29,685 nucleotides of DNA from a virus (lineage: Duplodnaviria; Caudoviricetes), in the IMG/VR virus record IMGVR_UViG_3300037461_000450, positions 1-29,685 of that record. The stretch is one strand, 5' to 3'. Of this stretch, positions 1 to 7,978 are shown piece after piece. The notes below the pieces were generated by a model. That model was given only the letters and a program-made list of their open reading frames with translations. It was not told where the DNA came from and did not search any database. The position numbers and the translations under genes are program-made. The number at the start of each line of letters is the position of its first letter. The stretch's first letter is position 1.

Positions 1-58
1 TGCGTGATTATACACACAAGGGAAATTGAATCAATGAATATTTCAGGGGGATTTATTC

Positions 59-517
59 ATGACCACATTGAAAGACTGCCTGTATCGAACCATCCACCGC
101 AACAAGAAACCCCTCAAGGCCATCGCAGAAGAAATCGAAATGGCCGAAAGCTACCTCACCCGCAGCGCCCTCCCGGATCTGGATGAATCCGAAACCGGGA
201 CCGGCTGCCGCTTTCCCCTCAAAAAACTGATCCCGCTGGTCCGCGCGACCGGCGATTTCAGCGCCCTGGATTTCATCGAACGCTCCCTGGGCCGCGTCGC
301 AGTGAAGCTGCCGGGCTCGAAGGCCGGATCGCTGCGCGACATCTGCCGGCTTACGCTGCGGGCGGTGAGCGAATTCGGGGAGGTCATGCAGGAGGTGGAA
401 AAAAGCATGGCGGATCAGCTCGTCACGCGGGAGGAGCTCGATCAAATCCGGGAAGAGGGCTATCAGGCGATCGAGGCGTTGCTCGCCCTGATGCACGCCC
501 TGGAGAAGCAGAAATGA
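59..517 (+). CDS. Phage regulatory protein, CII (CP76)/YmfL-like
   Basis: N-terminal HTH-like segment (LKAIAEEIEMAESYL), LIPLVRATGDFSALDFI and a helical C-terminus (EFGEVM..VTREELDQI..E); GGGGA RBS; first gene of a coupled early operon. Confidence 0.65.
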   Translation: MTTLKDCLYRTIHRNKKPLKAIAEEIEMAESYLTRSALPDLDESETGTGCRFPLKKLIPLVRATGDFSALDFIERSLGRVAVKLPGSKAGSLRDICRLTLRAVSEFGEVMQEVEKSMADQLVTREELDQIREEGYQAIEALLALMHALEKQK

Positions 518-732
518 GTCAGGCCGCAATCAGACAGGAGCTGCATGATCTGCGAATCATGATCACGGAGATCCACGCTGCATTGATCCAGGGGCAGCAG
601 GTCAGGCCGGGGCGGTATGAGTACGACAAGGCAATCCGGGAGTTTGCCAGGGGCAACAAGAAGCCGCTGGAGGATTTCATAAAAAAGGGCGGGAAGCCTC
701 CGGACCTTGATCCGGGGCCGATCCCTGCGTGA
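514..732 (+). CDS. Hypothetical protein (72 aa)
   Basis: ATGA overlap with the previous stop; GGAG upstream. Confidence 0.65.
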   Translation: MSQAAIRQELHDLRIMITEIHAALIQGQQVRPGRYEYDKAIREFARGNKKPLEDFIKKGGKPPDLDPGPIPA

Positions 733-919
733 TCCCGGCGATACGGGATGCGGTTGAGGCTCTATGCTTTCGGCCTCGGCAAAACGGAAGCAACGGCAAG
801 GGTATGATCAGTAGGGTGTTGTCGGGCGGGTGGCGAAAGCCAGAGCGATGCGGACAAAATAGCAGGCAACAGCGACATATCGCAAGCTGCCCCGCCCACA
901 GCATTAAGGAGGCCACGCA

Positions 920-1006
920 GTGAATCTAATCTGCATCGGAATCTGGATCGTCGTCATTGTGTTGATAATACTGCTGGCATGGCTTGTTAAGGAGAAACTT
1001 CGATGA
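920..1006 (+). CDS. Small membrane peptide, 28 aa (MNLICIGIWIVVIVLIILLAWLVKEKLR)
   Basis: AAGGAGG RBS at 906-912, GTG start, single hydrophobic helix, ATGA coupling to next gene; below the ORF-track cutoff. Confidence 0.65.
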   Translation: MNLICIGIWIVVIVLIILLAWLVKEKLR

Positions 1007-1239
1007 AGTCCATTTGCGACTGGATTGACGCCATCCCGCTGACCACCTTGGAGATTATGATCATTCTCGGGCTGATTTGCTTTGTCATGCTGTACCGGTA
1101 TGTAGCCGTTTTCATCAAGTATCTCTGGATTATCCTGCGATACGGCATAGACGAAGCCGAGATCCGCGCCTATGAGGAGCTATGGAAGCTCAGGATGGAA
1201 AATAAAAGGCTCAGGGAAGCCGGGGAGGGGAAGCCATGA
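1003..1239 (+). CDS. Small membrane protein (78 aa)
   Basis: AAGGAG RBS; hydrophobic stretch LEIMIILGLICFVML. Confidence 0.65.
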   Translation: MKSICDWIDAIPLTTLEIMIILGLICFVMLYRYVAVFIKYLWIILRYGIDEAEIRAYEELWKLRMENKRLREAGEGKP

Positions 1240-1415
1240 GAAGTTACCTTTTACGCGGCACGGAACACAGAATCAGGCGGTATGTCCTGGGCGGATCGTT
1301 TGAGCGGCATTGCGACCAGGGATTCCAGTGGATGGGCTATGCCGCCCTGTTCGTCATCGTGTTTGCGGTCCTGATTTTCGGGCCGGTGTGCCTGAACATC
1401 TTTATGGGGAGGTAG
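1236..1415 (+). CDS. Small membrane protein, 59 aa (MRSYLLRG...YAALFVIVFAVLIFGPVCLNIFMGR)
   Basis: GGAGGGG RBS, ATGA overlap, C-terminal hydrophobic helix; translated by hand. Confidence 0.65.
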   Translation: MRSYLLRGTEHRIRRYVLGGSFERHCDQGFQWMGYAALFVIVFAVLIFGPVCLNIFMGR

Positions 1416-1417
1416 CC

Positions 1418-1531
1418 ATGAAGGTCAAGTGCCCGACGTGCGGGAAGGAAGTTAAGCTTACCCCATACGGTCACGGCTGGGTTGCCTTATGCTGCGGCGA
1501 GGTCATTTATAACAAAAGGGAGGCATCATGA
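1418..1531 (+). CDS. Small zinc-ribbon protein, 37 aa
   Basis: GGAGGT RBS before ATG 1418; CPTC...CC motif. Confidence 0.6.
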   Translation: MKVKCPTCGKEVKLTPYGHGWVALCCGEVIYNKREAS

Positions 1532-1779
1532 ACGGAAAAACAGCGAAAGCGGTTCATATCGTCGATCGCAAGGCCGAGAAGGTCAAAACAGTCAATAAAC
1601 AGGTCAATAGGCGGTTTCAGAAATCAGAGTGGTCGTTTGTGCCGCCTGCCTATATTGCCTTTATCAAGGCGCTGGGCAAGGTTTTTTATATCCCCGTCGT
1701 TTTGGTCATGGCGGCGATGGAGGGGATCCGGGCGGGCTTCATAGCCGCCGCGGAAAAGACGCTGAAATTGTATCGGTGA
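1528..1779 (+). CDS. Hypothetical protein (83 aa)
   Basis: GGAGG RBS, ATGA overlap. Confidence 0.65.
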   Translation: MNGKTAKAVHIVDRKAEKVKTVNKQVNRRFQKSEWSFVPPAYIAFIKALGKVFYIPVVLVMAAMEGIRAGFIAAAEKTLKLYR

Positions 1780-1946
1780 GCGACATGACCAGGGCGTCTC
1801 ATGAAATCCACCAGCTCAACGAGGAACGTGATGCCTGGATAGAGGCGATCATGGATCAGCTCCATAGTGAGAAGCGGCGGAACATCTGCCTGGAATCCAT
1901 CGACCGTTGGTATCAATGGGCGCTCAAACAAAAGGAGTCGTCATGA
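1776..1946 (+). CDS. Hypothetical protein (about 56 aa)
   Basis: GTGA overlap with previous stop; 3' part of ORF 1629..1946. Confidence 0.5.
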   Translation: MSDMTRASHEIHQLNEERDAWIEAIMDQLHSEKRRNICLESIDRWYQWALKQKESS

Positions 1947-1971
1947 AGGTGTTTATGCGGAGCATCCAGAA

Positions 1972-2274
1972 ATGACCCCTGAAGCAAGCCGATATTTCCG
2001 CTGGGGAACGCAATCGCGCCGCCTGTACGAGCGCCTGATGTGCGGTCCGGCGACGGCTGCGGAGATCGTCCGCGAGCTTCACATTTATCAGTATCAGAAA
2101 AAGATCGGCGAGATCCGGCGGGCCATTGCCGGAACGGGCGTCACAGTCAAGGCCAGGCCCGTCAACGGAAGGCGCAATCTCTGGGAATACCGGCTCGGCC
2201 TGGTGGACAGCCCGGGCCCGGAACAATACGGCGGCCAACCGCGGATTCGCAGAAAGGCTTTAGACATTAAATAA
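1972..2274 (+). CDS. Winged-helix DNA-binding protein (putative)
   Basis: RLYERLMCGPATAAEIVRELHIYQYQKKIGEIRR..G..V...WEYRL pattern typical of phage wHTH proteins; start uncertain. Confidence 0.55.
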   Translation: MTPEASRYFRWGTQSRRLYERLMCGPATAAEIVRELHIYQYQKKIGEIRRAIAGTGVTVKARPVNGRRNLWEYRLGLVDSPGPEQYGGQPRIRRKALDIK

Positions 2275-2276
2275 TT

Positions 2277-2492
2277 ATGACGACTGCAATGCAAAAGAAC
2301 GACGGGGAAAAAAGGAATCTGATATTCATCGAAGCCTTGACGGATGCCATGGGTGAAAGTGGTGAGATGTCCCTGGAAGAGATAAAGAAAGAATTATGGG
2401 CTGATGGCGTCGATCTGGATGCATCCGTCAACCACTTGATGAAAGTTATCAAAACCTGCTCCATGGATGCCAAACGGAAAGCACCGGTGTAA
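2277..2492 (+). CDS. Hypothetical protein (71 aa)
   Basis: ORF fills the gap in the co-oriented gene string. Confidence 0.5.
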   Translation: MTTAMQKNDGEKRNLIFIEALTDAMGESGEMSLEEIKKELWADGVDLDASVNHLMKVIKTCSMDAKRKAPV

Positions 2493-2498
2493 AACAAC

Positions 2499-3425
2499 AT
2501 GTGGTGCAGCGGCAGGTGCCGGGGAAGGCTGCCAAATATGAATTACGTTGACACCTTCAAGTGCAGCCGCCTGAAAAAGACTTTCACCGTCGGGCGGTGC
2601 GTGCGGAATCAAAAAGACGCCCTCGATTTCTGGGGGCCGGAAGCAAGCAAGTTTCAATCCTGTCCCTGTGACCAGGGGATAAAAATCAGACAACAAATGG
2701 AGGGGGGAGTCATGGCAGCAAAGAAGAAATGCCGGAACTGTGAACGGGTCATGGCAATCAGCCAGGATGGTCTTTGCGGCGGCTGTTTCAACCGTGGCAA
2801 GGGCCTTGAAGGCCAGGAGCGGTTAGAGGCCTTGGCCCAGGCAAAAGAGGACTTCGAGGGCAAGCCGCCGCTCGTTTGCAAGGTCGGACAGGGCGTCCGT
2901 CTGGGCGGAGTAGCCGTTGCCGGACAGCGTGGACATGGCAACCGTCAGCCGAGGGGCAAGGCCGCGGGGAAGTCGCCTCGAAAAGCCAAAGTGGAGGAAC
3001 AGCCCAAAACGGATCCCGCAAGTGGAGCGATCGACGAGGAAATGCCCCCGGGAATCATCCAGAAAGTGGAGGAACAGCCCAAAACGGACCCGACAAATGG
3101 AGCGCTCGCCATTGCCGCACGGTGCCGTGATCGAGCTGCTGACGCCGCCAAACAGGAACCAGACTGGACAGCAATTATGAAACGGGCGGACCTGGCCTTC
3201 ACCGCCGCCCCGGAAGAGGCAGTTCACGCCGCCATATCCATCGTGGTCAATTTTACCGACGGCGATCACGCTCTTTTCGAAGGCCTGCAGGCGCTGGCCA
3301 AAAAGAACCGTCGGAATCCGGATCAACATCTCCTTTGGTTGCTGGAACGTGAAATGGCAATCGAACAAAGGTATCTCACAAATAGATCGGGGGCGGCCCA
3401 TGGGATCGATGCCAAGGCTACCTAA
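2499..3425 (+). CDS. Hypothetical Cys-rich protein with internal repeat
   Basis: CRNC..GLCGGC motif, duplicated KVEEQPKTDP; start may be 2538 or 2712 (GGAGG upstream of 2712). Confidence 0.65.
   Translation: MWCSGRCRGRLPNMNYVDTFKCSRLKKTFTVGRCVRNQKDALDFWGPEASKFQSCPCDQGIKIRQQMEGGVMAAKKKCRNCERVMAISQDGLCGGCFNRGKGLEGQERLEALAQAKEDFEGKPPLVCKVGQGVRLGGVAVAGQRGHGNRQPRGKAAGKSPRKAKVEEQPKTDPASGAIDEEMPPGIIQKVEEQPKTDPTNGALAIAARCRDRAADAAKQEPDWTAIMKRADLAFTAAPEEAVHAAISIVVNFTDGDHALFEGLQALAKKNRRNPDQHLLWLLEREMAIEQRYLTNRSGAAHGIDAKAT
2988..3104 (+). repeat. 42-bp imperfect direct repeat, 75-bp period (2988-3029, 3063-3104)
   Basis: AAAGTGGAGGAACAGCCCAAAACGGA identical in both copies. Confidence 0.9.
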
Positions 3426-3651
3426 AAAGATCGAGCTGAAATATCGCATGGGATCCACGGCGGAACACCTGAACTGCCGCCACTGCGTCAACGTCGTGAA
3501 GGATTATAAGATACCAGGTACAGACAGGATCGAGCCGCGCTGCCGGATCTTCGGATTGGAGGGGTCCATCCGGTATCGCGTCCGGGAGGATCATCGCTGC
3601 GAAGCCTGGGTGCTCGATGAGAAATCATGCTGGTGGTTGAGGAGGGGGTAA
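3400..3651 (+). CDS. Hypothetical Cys-containing phage protein
   Basis: CRHC...C...C..W pattern; start 3400 or 3409. Confidence 0.6.
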   Translation: MGSMPRLPKKIELKYRMGSTAEHLNCRHCVNVVKDYKIPGTDRIEPRCRIFGLEGSIRYRVREDHRCEAWVLDEKSCWWLRRG

Positions 3652-3652
3652 T

Positions 3653-3940
3653 TTGATGATCGGTAAATATGAGGAAATCGGCGCTGCAATCGGCGCCCTG
3701 GTGGATAAGAAACAAAGGGCCTATGGCCGTTCGTTCGATCGCAGCGGCCAGATCCTGGGCATTCTTTACCCCCGTGGCATCGAGCCGGTGCAGTACGATG
3801 ATCTGCTGGCCATGGTCCGGATCATCGATAAACTATTCAGGATTGCCACAGACAAGAAGGCCATGGGTGAATCACCATGGACCGACGTCGCCGGCTACGC
3901 GCTGCTGATGAACAAGGAACACATCGAGGACGCGTCGTGA
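3653..3940 (+). CDS. DUF1599/nucleotide-modification-associated domain-like protein
   Basis: KKQRAYGRSF...RIIDKLFRI...ESPWTDVAGYALL resembles the K..DYG/RI.DK..R/D..Y pattern; GGAGG RBS. Confidence 0.6.
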   Translation: MMIGKYEEIGAAIGALVDKKQRAYGRSFDRSGQILGILYPRGIEPVQYDDLLAMVRIIDKLFRIATDKKAMGESPWTDVAGYALLMNKEHIEDAS

Positions 3941-4005
3941 CCGAGCGTCCCTTACATCCCTTTATGATGAATCATATCAGCTATCTATTGGCATCACGGT
4001 GCGGC

Positions 4006-4047
4006 GGGTCCTCTGCCGGATGCTGGAATCATACGGGACACGAAGCC
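4006..4047 (+). other. Putative cos site (cosQ GGGTCCT 4006-4012; candidate 12-nt cohesive end 4036-4047)
   Basis: Same heptamer, 23-nt spacer ending TACG and G-start as phage lambda cosQ-cosN; a GpA-type terminase is encoded. Confidence 0.55.
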
Positions 4048-4096
4048 ACAATTTTCGTGTCCGGGTGAATTATTTTTTTCGTGGGACAATGGGAAT

Positions 4097-4390
4097 ATGA
4101 GAACGATGAATGATTCTGATGACATGGGGCACAGGTGCCCGGAGTGCGGCGAGGGCCGGGTCTGGAAATACGGCAAGACGCCGAATGGCCGCCAGCGATA
4201 CAGGTGCCACGTTTGCCGCCGGCAGTTCGTTGCCGACTCTGATCACCGGGTCGACAGCGATGCCCACGACATCGTGGCGTCATTGCTGTCCCAGGGCGTC
4301 GCGCCTCCAAAGATCGCCCGGGCGCTGACAGGCAGGATATCATTGCGCTGGATCTATGAACTCAGGAAAAGGATGAAGCCGAGTGCCTGA
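4097..4390 (+). CDS. InsA-like zinc-ribbon plus HTH protein
   Basis: CPEC...KYGKTPNGRQRYRCHVCRRQF followed by an HTH-like segment; no InsB/DDE partner nearby. Confidence 0.75.
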   Translation: MRTMNDSDDMGHRCPECGEGRVWKYGKTPNGRQRYRCHVCRRQFVADSDHRVDSDAHDIVASLLSQGVAPPKIARALTGRISLRWIYELRKRMKPSA

Positions 4391-6134
4391 ACCTTTCAAT
4401 ATCACGATCGACATGGACCGGGCCTGCGCCGCCTGTGGCCAGAAGGGCGCGACTCAAAACGGGCTCTGCCTGGCCTGCATCACTGCCGGGATTAAGGGGG
4501 GCGGTGGCCCGAACCTTTCTTTTAACGCCACTGATCCTGACTGCACGATCGCCCAACAGGTGAAGGACCGGGTGGCGCAGGAGGCGGCGCAGATCACCGC
4601 GACGGGGTCAATGGGCGGATCGCCCGGGCCGGATGGCCGACCGCCCGACGCCGCCGACAACGTGACCAGCAAGCTGATCAACGATTGTCTGTTCGCCAAC
4701 GAGCTGGGCGACGGCGTCCTGTATGCGACGGTCTTCCGCGATCAGTTTCTCTATTGCAAGAACACGCAGGAATGGTTCGAATGGGGCGGGCATTTCTGGC
4801 GGCGCGACATCATGGGCCGGTCACTGGCCGCCGTCGAAAAGATCGTCGAACACTACCTGGCCGAGTGTCGGCGGGCGGCCAGGGAGCTGACGGACCAGGT
4901 GCAGGCGGGCCTGGATCCGGAATCCCCCGCGGCCGGCAAGATCAAGGCGCGGCAGGGCCAGCTATTAAAGCGGGCCAGCCAGCTCCGGGCGGACAAGCGC
5001 CGCACCGCCTGCCTGAAATTTGCGCACACGATTGACAACCCGATCGCCATCGAGGGCGAGGAGTTCGACTGCAAGCCGATGCTGTTCCCCTGCGCCAACG
5101 GCGTGATCGACCTGGAGACCGGCCGCCTGAAGCCCGGCCGCCCCGGAGATTTCCTGTCCCTGGCCAGCCCGATCGAGTTCAAGGGCATCGATGAACCGGC
5201 GCCCCTCTGGGAAAAGTCGCTTCTGGAGATCTTCGGCAGCAACGCCGACCTGGTCGCCTACCTCCAGCGCCTGCTTGGATACGCGATCAGCGGCCTGGTC
5301 AAGGAGAAGGTGTTCCCGGTCCTTTATGGCCGCACCGGATGGAACGGCCGCAGCCTGATCGTCGAGACGGTCAGCCATGTCATGGGCGAGCTGGCAGGCT
5401 CGATCCCCGCCGAAATGCTGCTGAGTCAGAAGTATTCGAAGAGCAGCTCCGGTCCGTCGCCGGATATCATGTCCCTGAAGGGCATCCGGATGGCGTTCGC
5501 CTCCGAGATCGACGAGGGCCAGCGATTCAGCGCAAGCAAAATCAAGTGGCTTACCGGCAAGGACGAGCTCGTCGGCCGCAGCCCGCATGATAAATATTCG
5601 ACGCGATTCGCTCCCACGCACAAGCTGTTTCTCATGACCAACACGCTGCCGTCGGCCCCCGCGAACGACAAGTCGTTTTGGGAGCGCCTCCACGTGATCC
5701 CGTTTCTGATTTCGTTCGTGAACCGGGACCCGCAGGAGACCTACGAGCGCCGGGCGATCCTCGATCTGGATCGGCAGTTGATCGCGGAGGCCTCCGGGAT
5801 TCTCGCCTGGCTGGTGCGCGGGTGCCTCCTCTGGCAGCGTGACGGCCTGTGCCCGCCTCCGGAGGTCATCGAAGAGGGCCGCAAATACCAGCGCGACGAG
5901 GATCTACTGACCGACTTCATCGACGAATGCTGCGTCCGGGAGCCCGGCGCGCGCGAAAAGGCGGCGTCGCTCTATGCCCGCTTCGTCGAATGGTACCACC
6001 TCAATCACGGGAAAAAGGAATGGACCGGCACCACGTTCGGAAAGCAGCTCGCCCAGAAGTTCGACAAGACAAAATCCAGCGGCTGCGTCGTCTATCACGG
6101 CATCATGCTGAACAGCAATCAGGGAGAGTTATAG
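4383..6134 (+). CDS. P4/D5-family primase-associated SF3 helicase
   Basis: D5_N-like region (NGVIDLETG), Walker A variant GRTGWNGRS, ASE Walker B, IKWLTGKD, KLFLMTN, WERLHVIPF, C-terminal winged helix. Confidence 0.9.
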   Translation: MPEPFNITIDMDRACAACGQKGATQNGLCLACITAGIKGGGGPNLSFNATDPDCTIAQQVKDRVAQEAAQITATGSMGGSPGPDGRPPDAADNVTSKLINDCLFANELGDGVLYATVFRDQFLYCKNTQEWFEWGGHFWRRDIMGRSLAAVEKIVEHYLAECRRAARELTDQVQAGLDPESPAAGKIKARQGQLLKRASQLRADKRRTACLKFAHTIDNPIAIEGEEFDCKPMLFPCANGVIDLETGRLKPGRPGDFLSLASPIEFKGIDEPAPLWEKSLLEIFGSNADLVAYLQRLLGYAISGLVKEKVFPVLYGRTGWNGRSLIVETVSHVMGELAGSIPAEMLLSQKYSKSSSGPSPDIMSLKGIRMAFASEIDEGQRFSASKIKWLTGKDELVGRSPHDKYSTRFAPTHKLFLMTNTLPSAPANDKSFWERLHVIPFLISFVNRDPQETYERRAILDLDRQLIAEASGILAWLVRGCLLWQRDGLCPPPEVIEEGRKYQRDEDLLTDFIDECCVREPGAREKAASLYARFVEWYHLNHGKKEWTGTTFGKQLAQKFDKTKSSGCVVYHGIMLNSNQGEL

Positions 6135-6607
6135 ACACATATAACAGGTAAAAGACAAAATGAACCCTATAATCAAAAAACACGGTCAAGGTGCGGCTTA
6201 CCCTCCCTGCTTCCCTAAAGTCGCCGGCGCAGATTTTTCCGGGCCCGGCAAGAGGGGACAGTTCGAAATTTCCGGCCGAATTTCCACGGCGGGCGGATTC
6301 TCTCCAAGTTCTTGTAATAAAACGGGGATTGTCGTTGATAGTTGGATTGTGTGTTTTTTGAAAGGGAGGGTAGGACGAAATTCCATGGTTTTATCCGCAG
6401 GGAATTCTACCATATTTCTAAGGTAAAGATATAGGGCGCTGGGGTCTATAACTATCCCTGGGGGGAGATAAATATATATAAATAAGTAATGATATTGAAT
6501 AGATATATAAAAAAGAAAGAAAAAAAGGAAAAAGGAAAAAACGGAAAAAACAGCGTCAAATGGTCAATGAAATCGGATGGTTAAAATAGCAGGGATGGTT
6601 TGAAAAG
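6120..6607. other. Putative replication origin region
   Basis: Non-coding gap between helicase and primase; several inverted repeats, recurring AGGGA(G/T)(A/G)GT motif, very AT-rich 6467-6550. Confidence 0.55.
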
Positions 6608-7978
6608 ATGAACACCCTGGATCTGGCACAGAAAAAAGTGATGCTCCGGAAAGTCTCCGGGACGTACGGCGGGGAATGGCAGGGGCCATGCCCGGCGTGC
6701 GGCGGGGAGAATCGCTTCCATGTCTGGCCGAACCAGAATGAGGGCAGGGGCTCGTACTGGTGCCGATCCTGCGAAAAGGCGGGCGACAACATCCAGTTTC
6801 TGCGGGATTTCGACGGCCTGGGCTTCAAGGAGGCCTGCGACGAGCTGGGCATCGACCTCCCGGACCGGCCCGCCCAGGACGCGCGGCCGTCCACGACCGG
6901 CCCGAAACCTCCACAGCAACAGGCGCCGCCCCCGTTTGAGCCGCACGAATCCATCCCGCCGGAGGATCTCTGGCAGGAAAAGGCGGGCAAGCTGATCGAA
7001 TGGGCGCACGAAAACCTCATGAAGAACATCGATGTCCGTGAATGGCTGGCCGCCCGGGGCATCGATGCGAAGGCCGCGGCCGCCGCCCGGCTCGGATGGA
7101 ATCCCGGCGAAGAGGGCAAAGACATCTACCGCGCCCGCAAGTCCTGGGGCCTGCCCGATCAATTCAAAGACGACGGCCGCCCGAAAGCGCTCTGGATCCC
7201 CCGGGGCCTTACAATCCCCTACATCATCGACGGTATCGTTTACCGCATCCGGATCCGGCGGCCGGAGGGCGAGCCGCGCTATTACGTCCTGCCCGGATCA
7301 TCCATGGCCACGATGATCATCGGCCGCGATCGCCGGGCCTTCGTCGTGGTCGAGTCGGAGCTGGACGCGATCGCCGTTGTTGCCAACAACACCCTGGCCG
7401 GCGCCATCGCCCTGGGCTCGGTCAGCGCAAAACCGGATGCGGACGCCCACGCCGTCCTGCAGGGCGCGCTCCAGATCCTCAATGCCCTGGATTATGGCGA
7501 CGAGGGCGGCGGCGCGAAAGCTGCGGAGAGGGCCATGGCCTGGTGGGCGGAGCATTTCGACCGCTGCGACCGATGGCCGACGCCGCAGGGCAAGGATGTG
7601 GGCGAGGCCTACGCGTTGGGGATAGACCTTGAAAAGTGGATAAGAAAGGGGCTGCCGCCCGCACTGACGATCGGAACGCCGCAAACGGCTCGCGAGGCGG
7701 CGCCAGGCGGGGCGATCGGGCGTGGGGTTGATAGATCGGATAGGCCGGTTCCGGACATGCCGCCCGCCCTGCGCGAACTGTATGACCTTTTGCGCAAGAA
7801 CCCGGCCGTGAAGATCATCAACTCACCGGCTCGCTTCACGGTCCTGCGCGACGGCAAATATGTCGGTGGCAGGATCAATGAGCTGGTCTTCCGCACGCCG
7901 GAAGTGACGGACTATCTTTTAAGCCATCCCGCCGAAGAGATCGACGGGGGGAATTTTATCACGGGAGGGCGGGCATGA
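6608..7978 (+). CDS. DNA primase (P4 alpha-type zinc ribbon plus TOPRIM)
   Basis: GPCPACGGENRF..WCRSC..GDNIQF zinc ribbon, WLAARGI, VVVESELDA, ALDYGD, PQGKDVGE. Confidence 0.85.
   Translation: MNTLDLAQKKVMLRKVSGTYGGEWQGPCPACGGENRFHVWPNQNEGRGSYWCRSCEKAGDNIQFLRDFDGLGFKEACDELGIDLPDRPAQDARPSTTGPKPPQQQAPPPFEPHESIPPEDLWQEKAGKLIEWAHENLMKNIDVREWLAARGIDAKAAAAARLGWNPGEEGKDIYRARKSWGLPDQFKDDGRPKALWIPRGLTIPYIIDGIVYRIRIRRPEGEPRYYVLPGSSMATMIIGRDRRAFVVVESELDAIAVVANNTLAGAIALGSVSAKPDADAHAVLQGALQILNALDYGDEGGGAKAAERAMAWWAEHFDRCDRWPTPQGKDVGEAYALGIDLEKWIRKGLPPALTIGTPQTAREAAPGGAIGRGVDRSDRPVPDMPPALRELYDLLRKNPAVKIINSPARFTVLRDGKYVGGRINELVFRTPEVTDYLLSHPAEEIDGGNFITGGRA

Noticed and set aside
4097-4390. Intact IS1 element
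   Set aside because: No InsB/DDE frame and no terminal inverted repeats recognised
6160-6426. 88-aa ORF and its antisense 71-aa ORF as genes
   Set aside because: No convincing RBS or motifs; region is better explained as repeat-rich origin DNA
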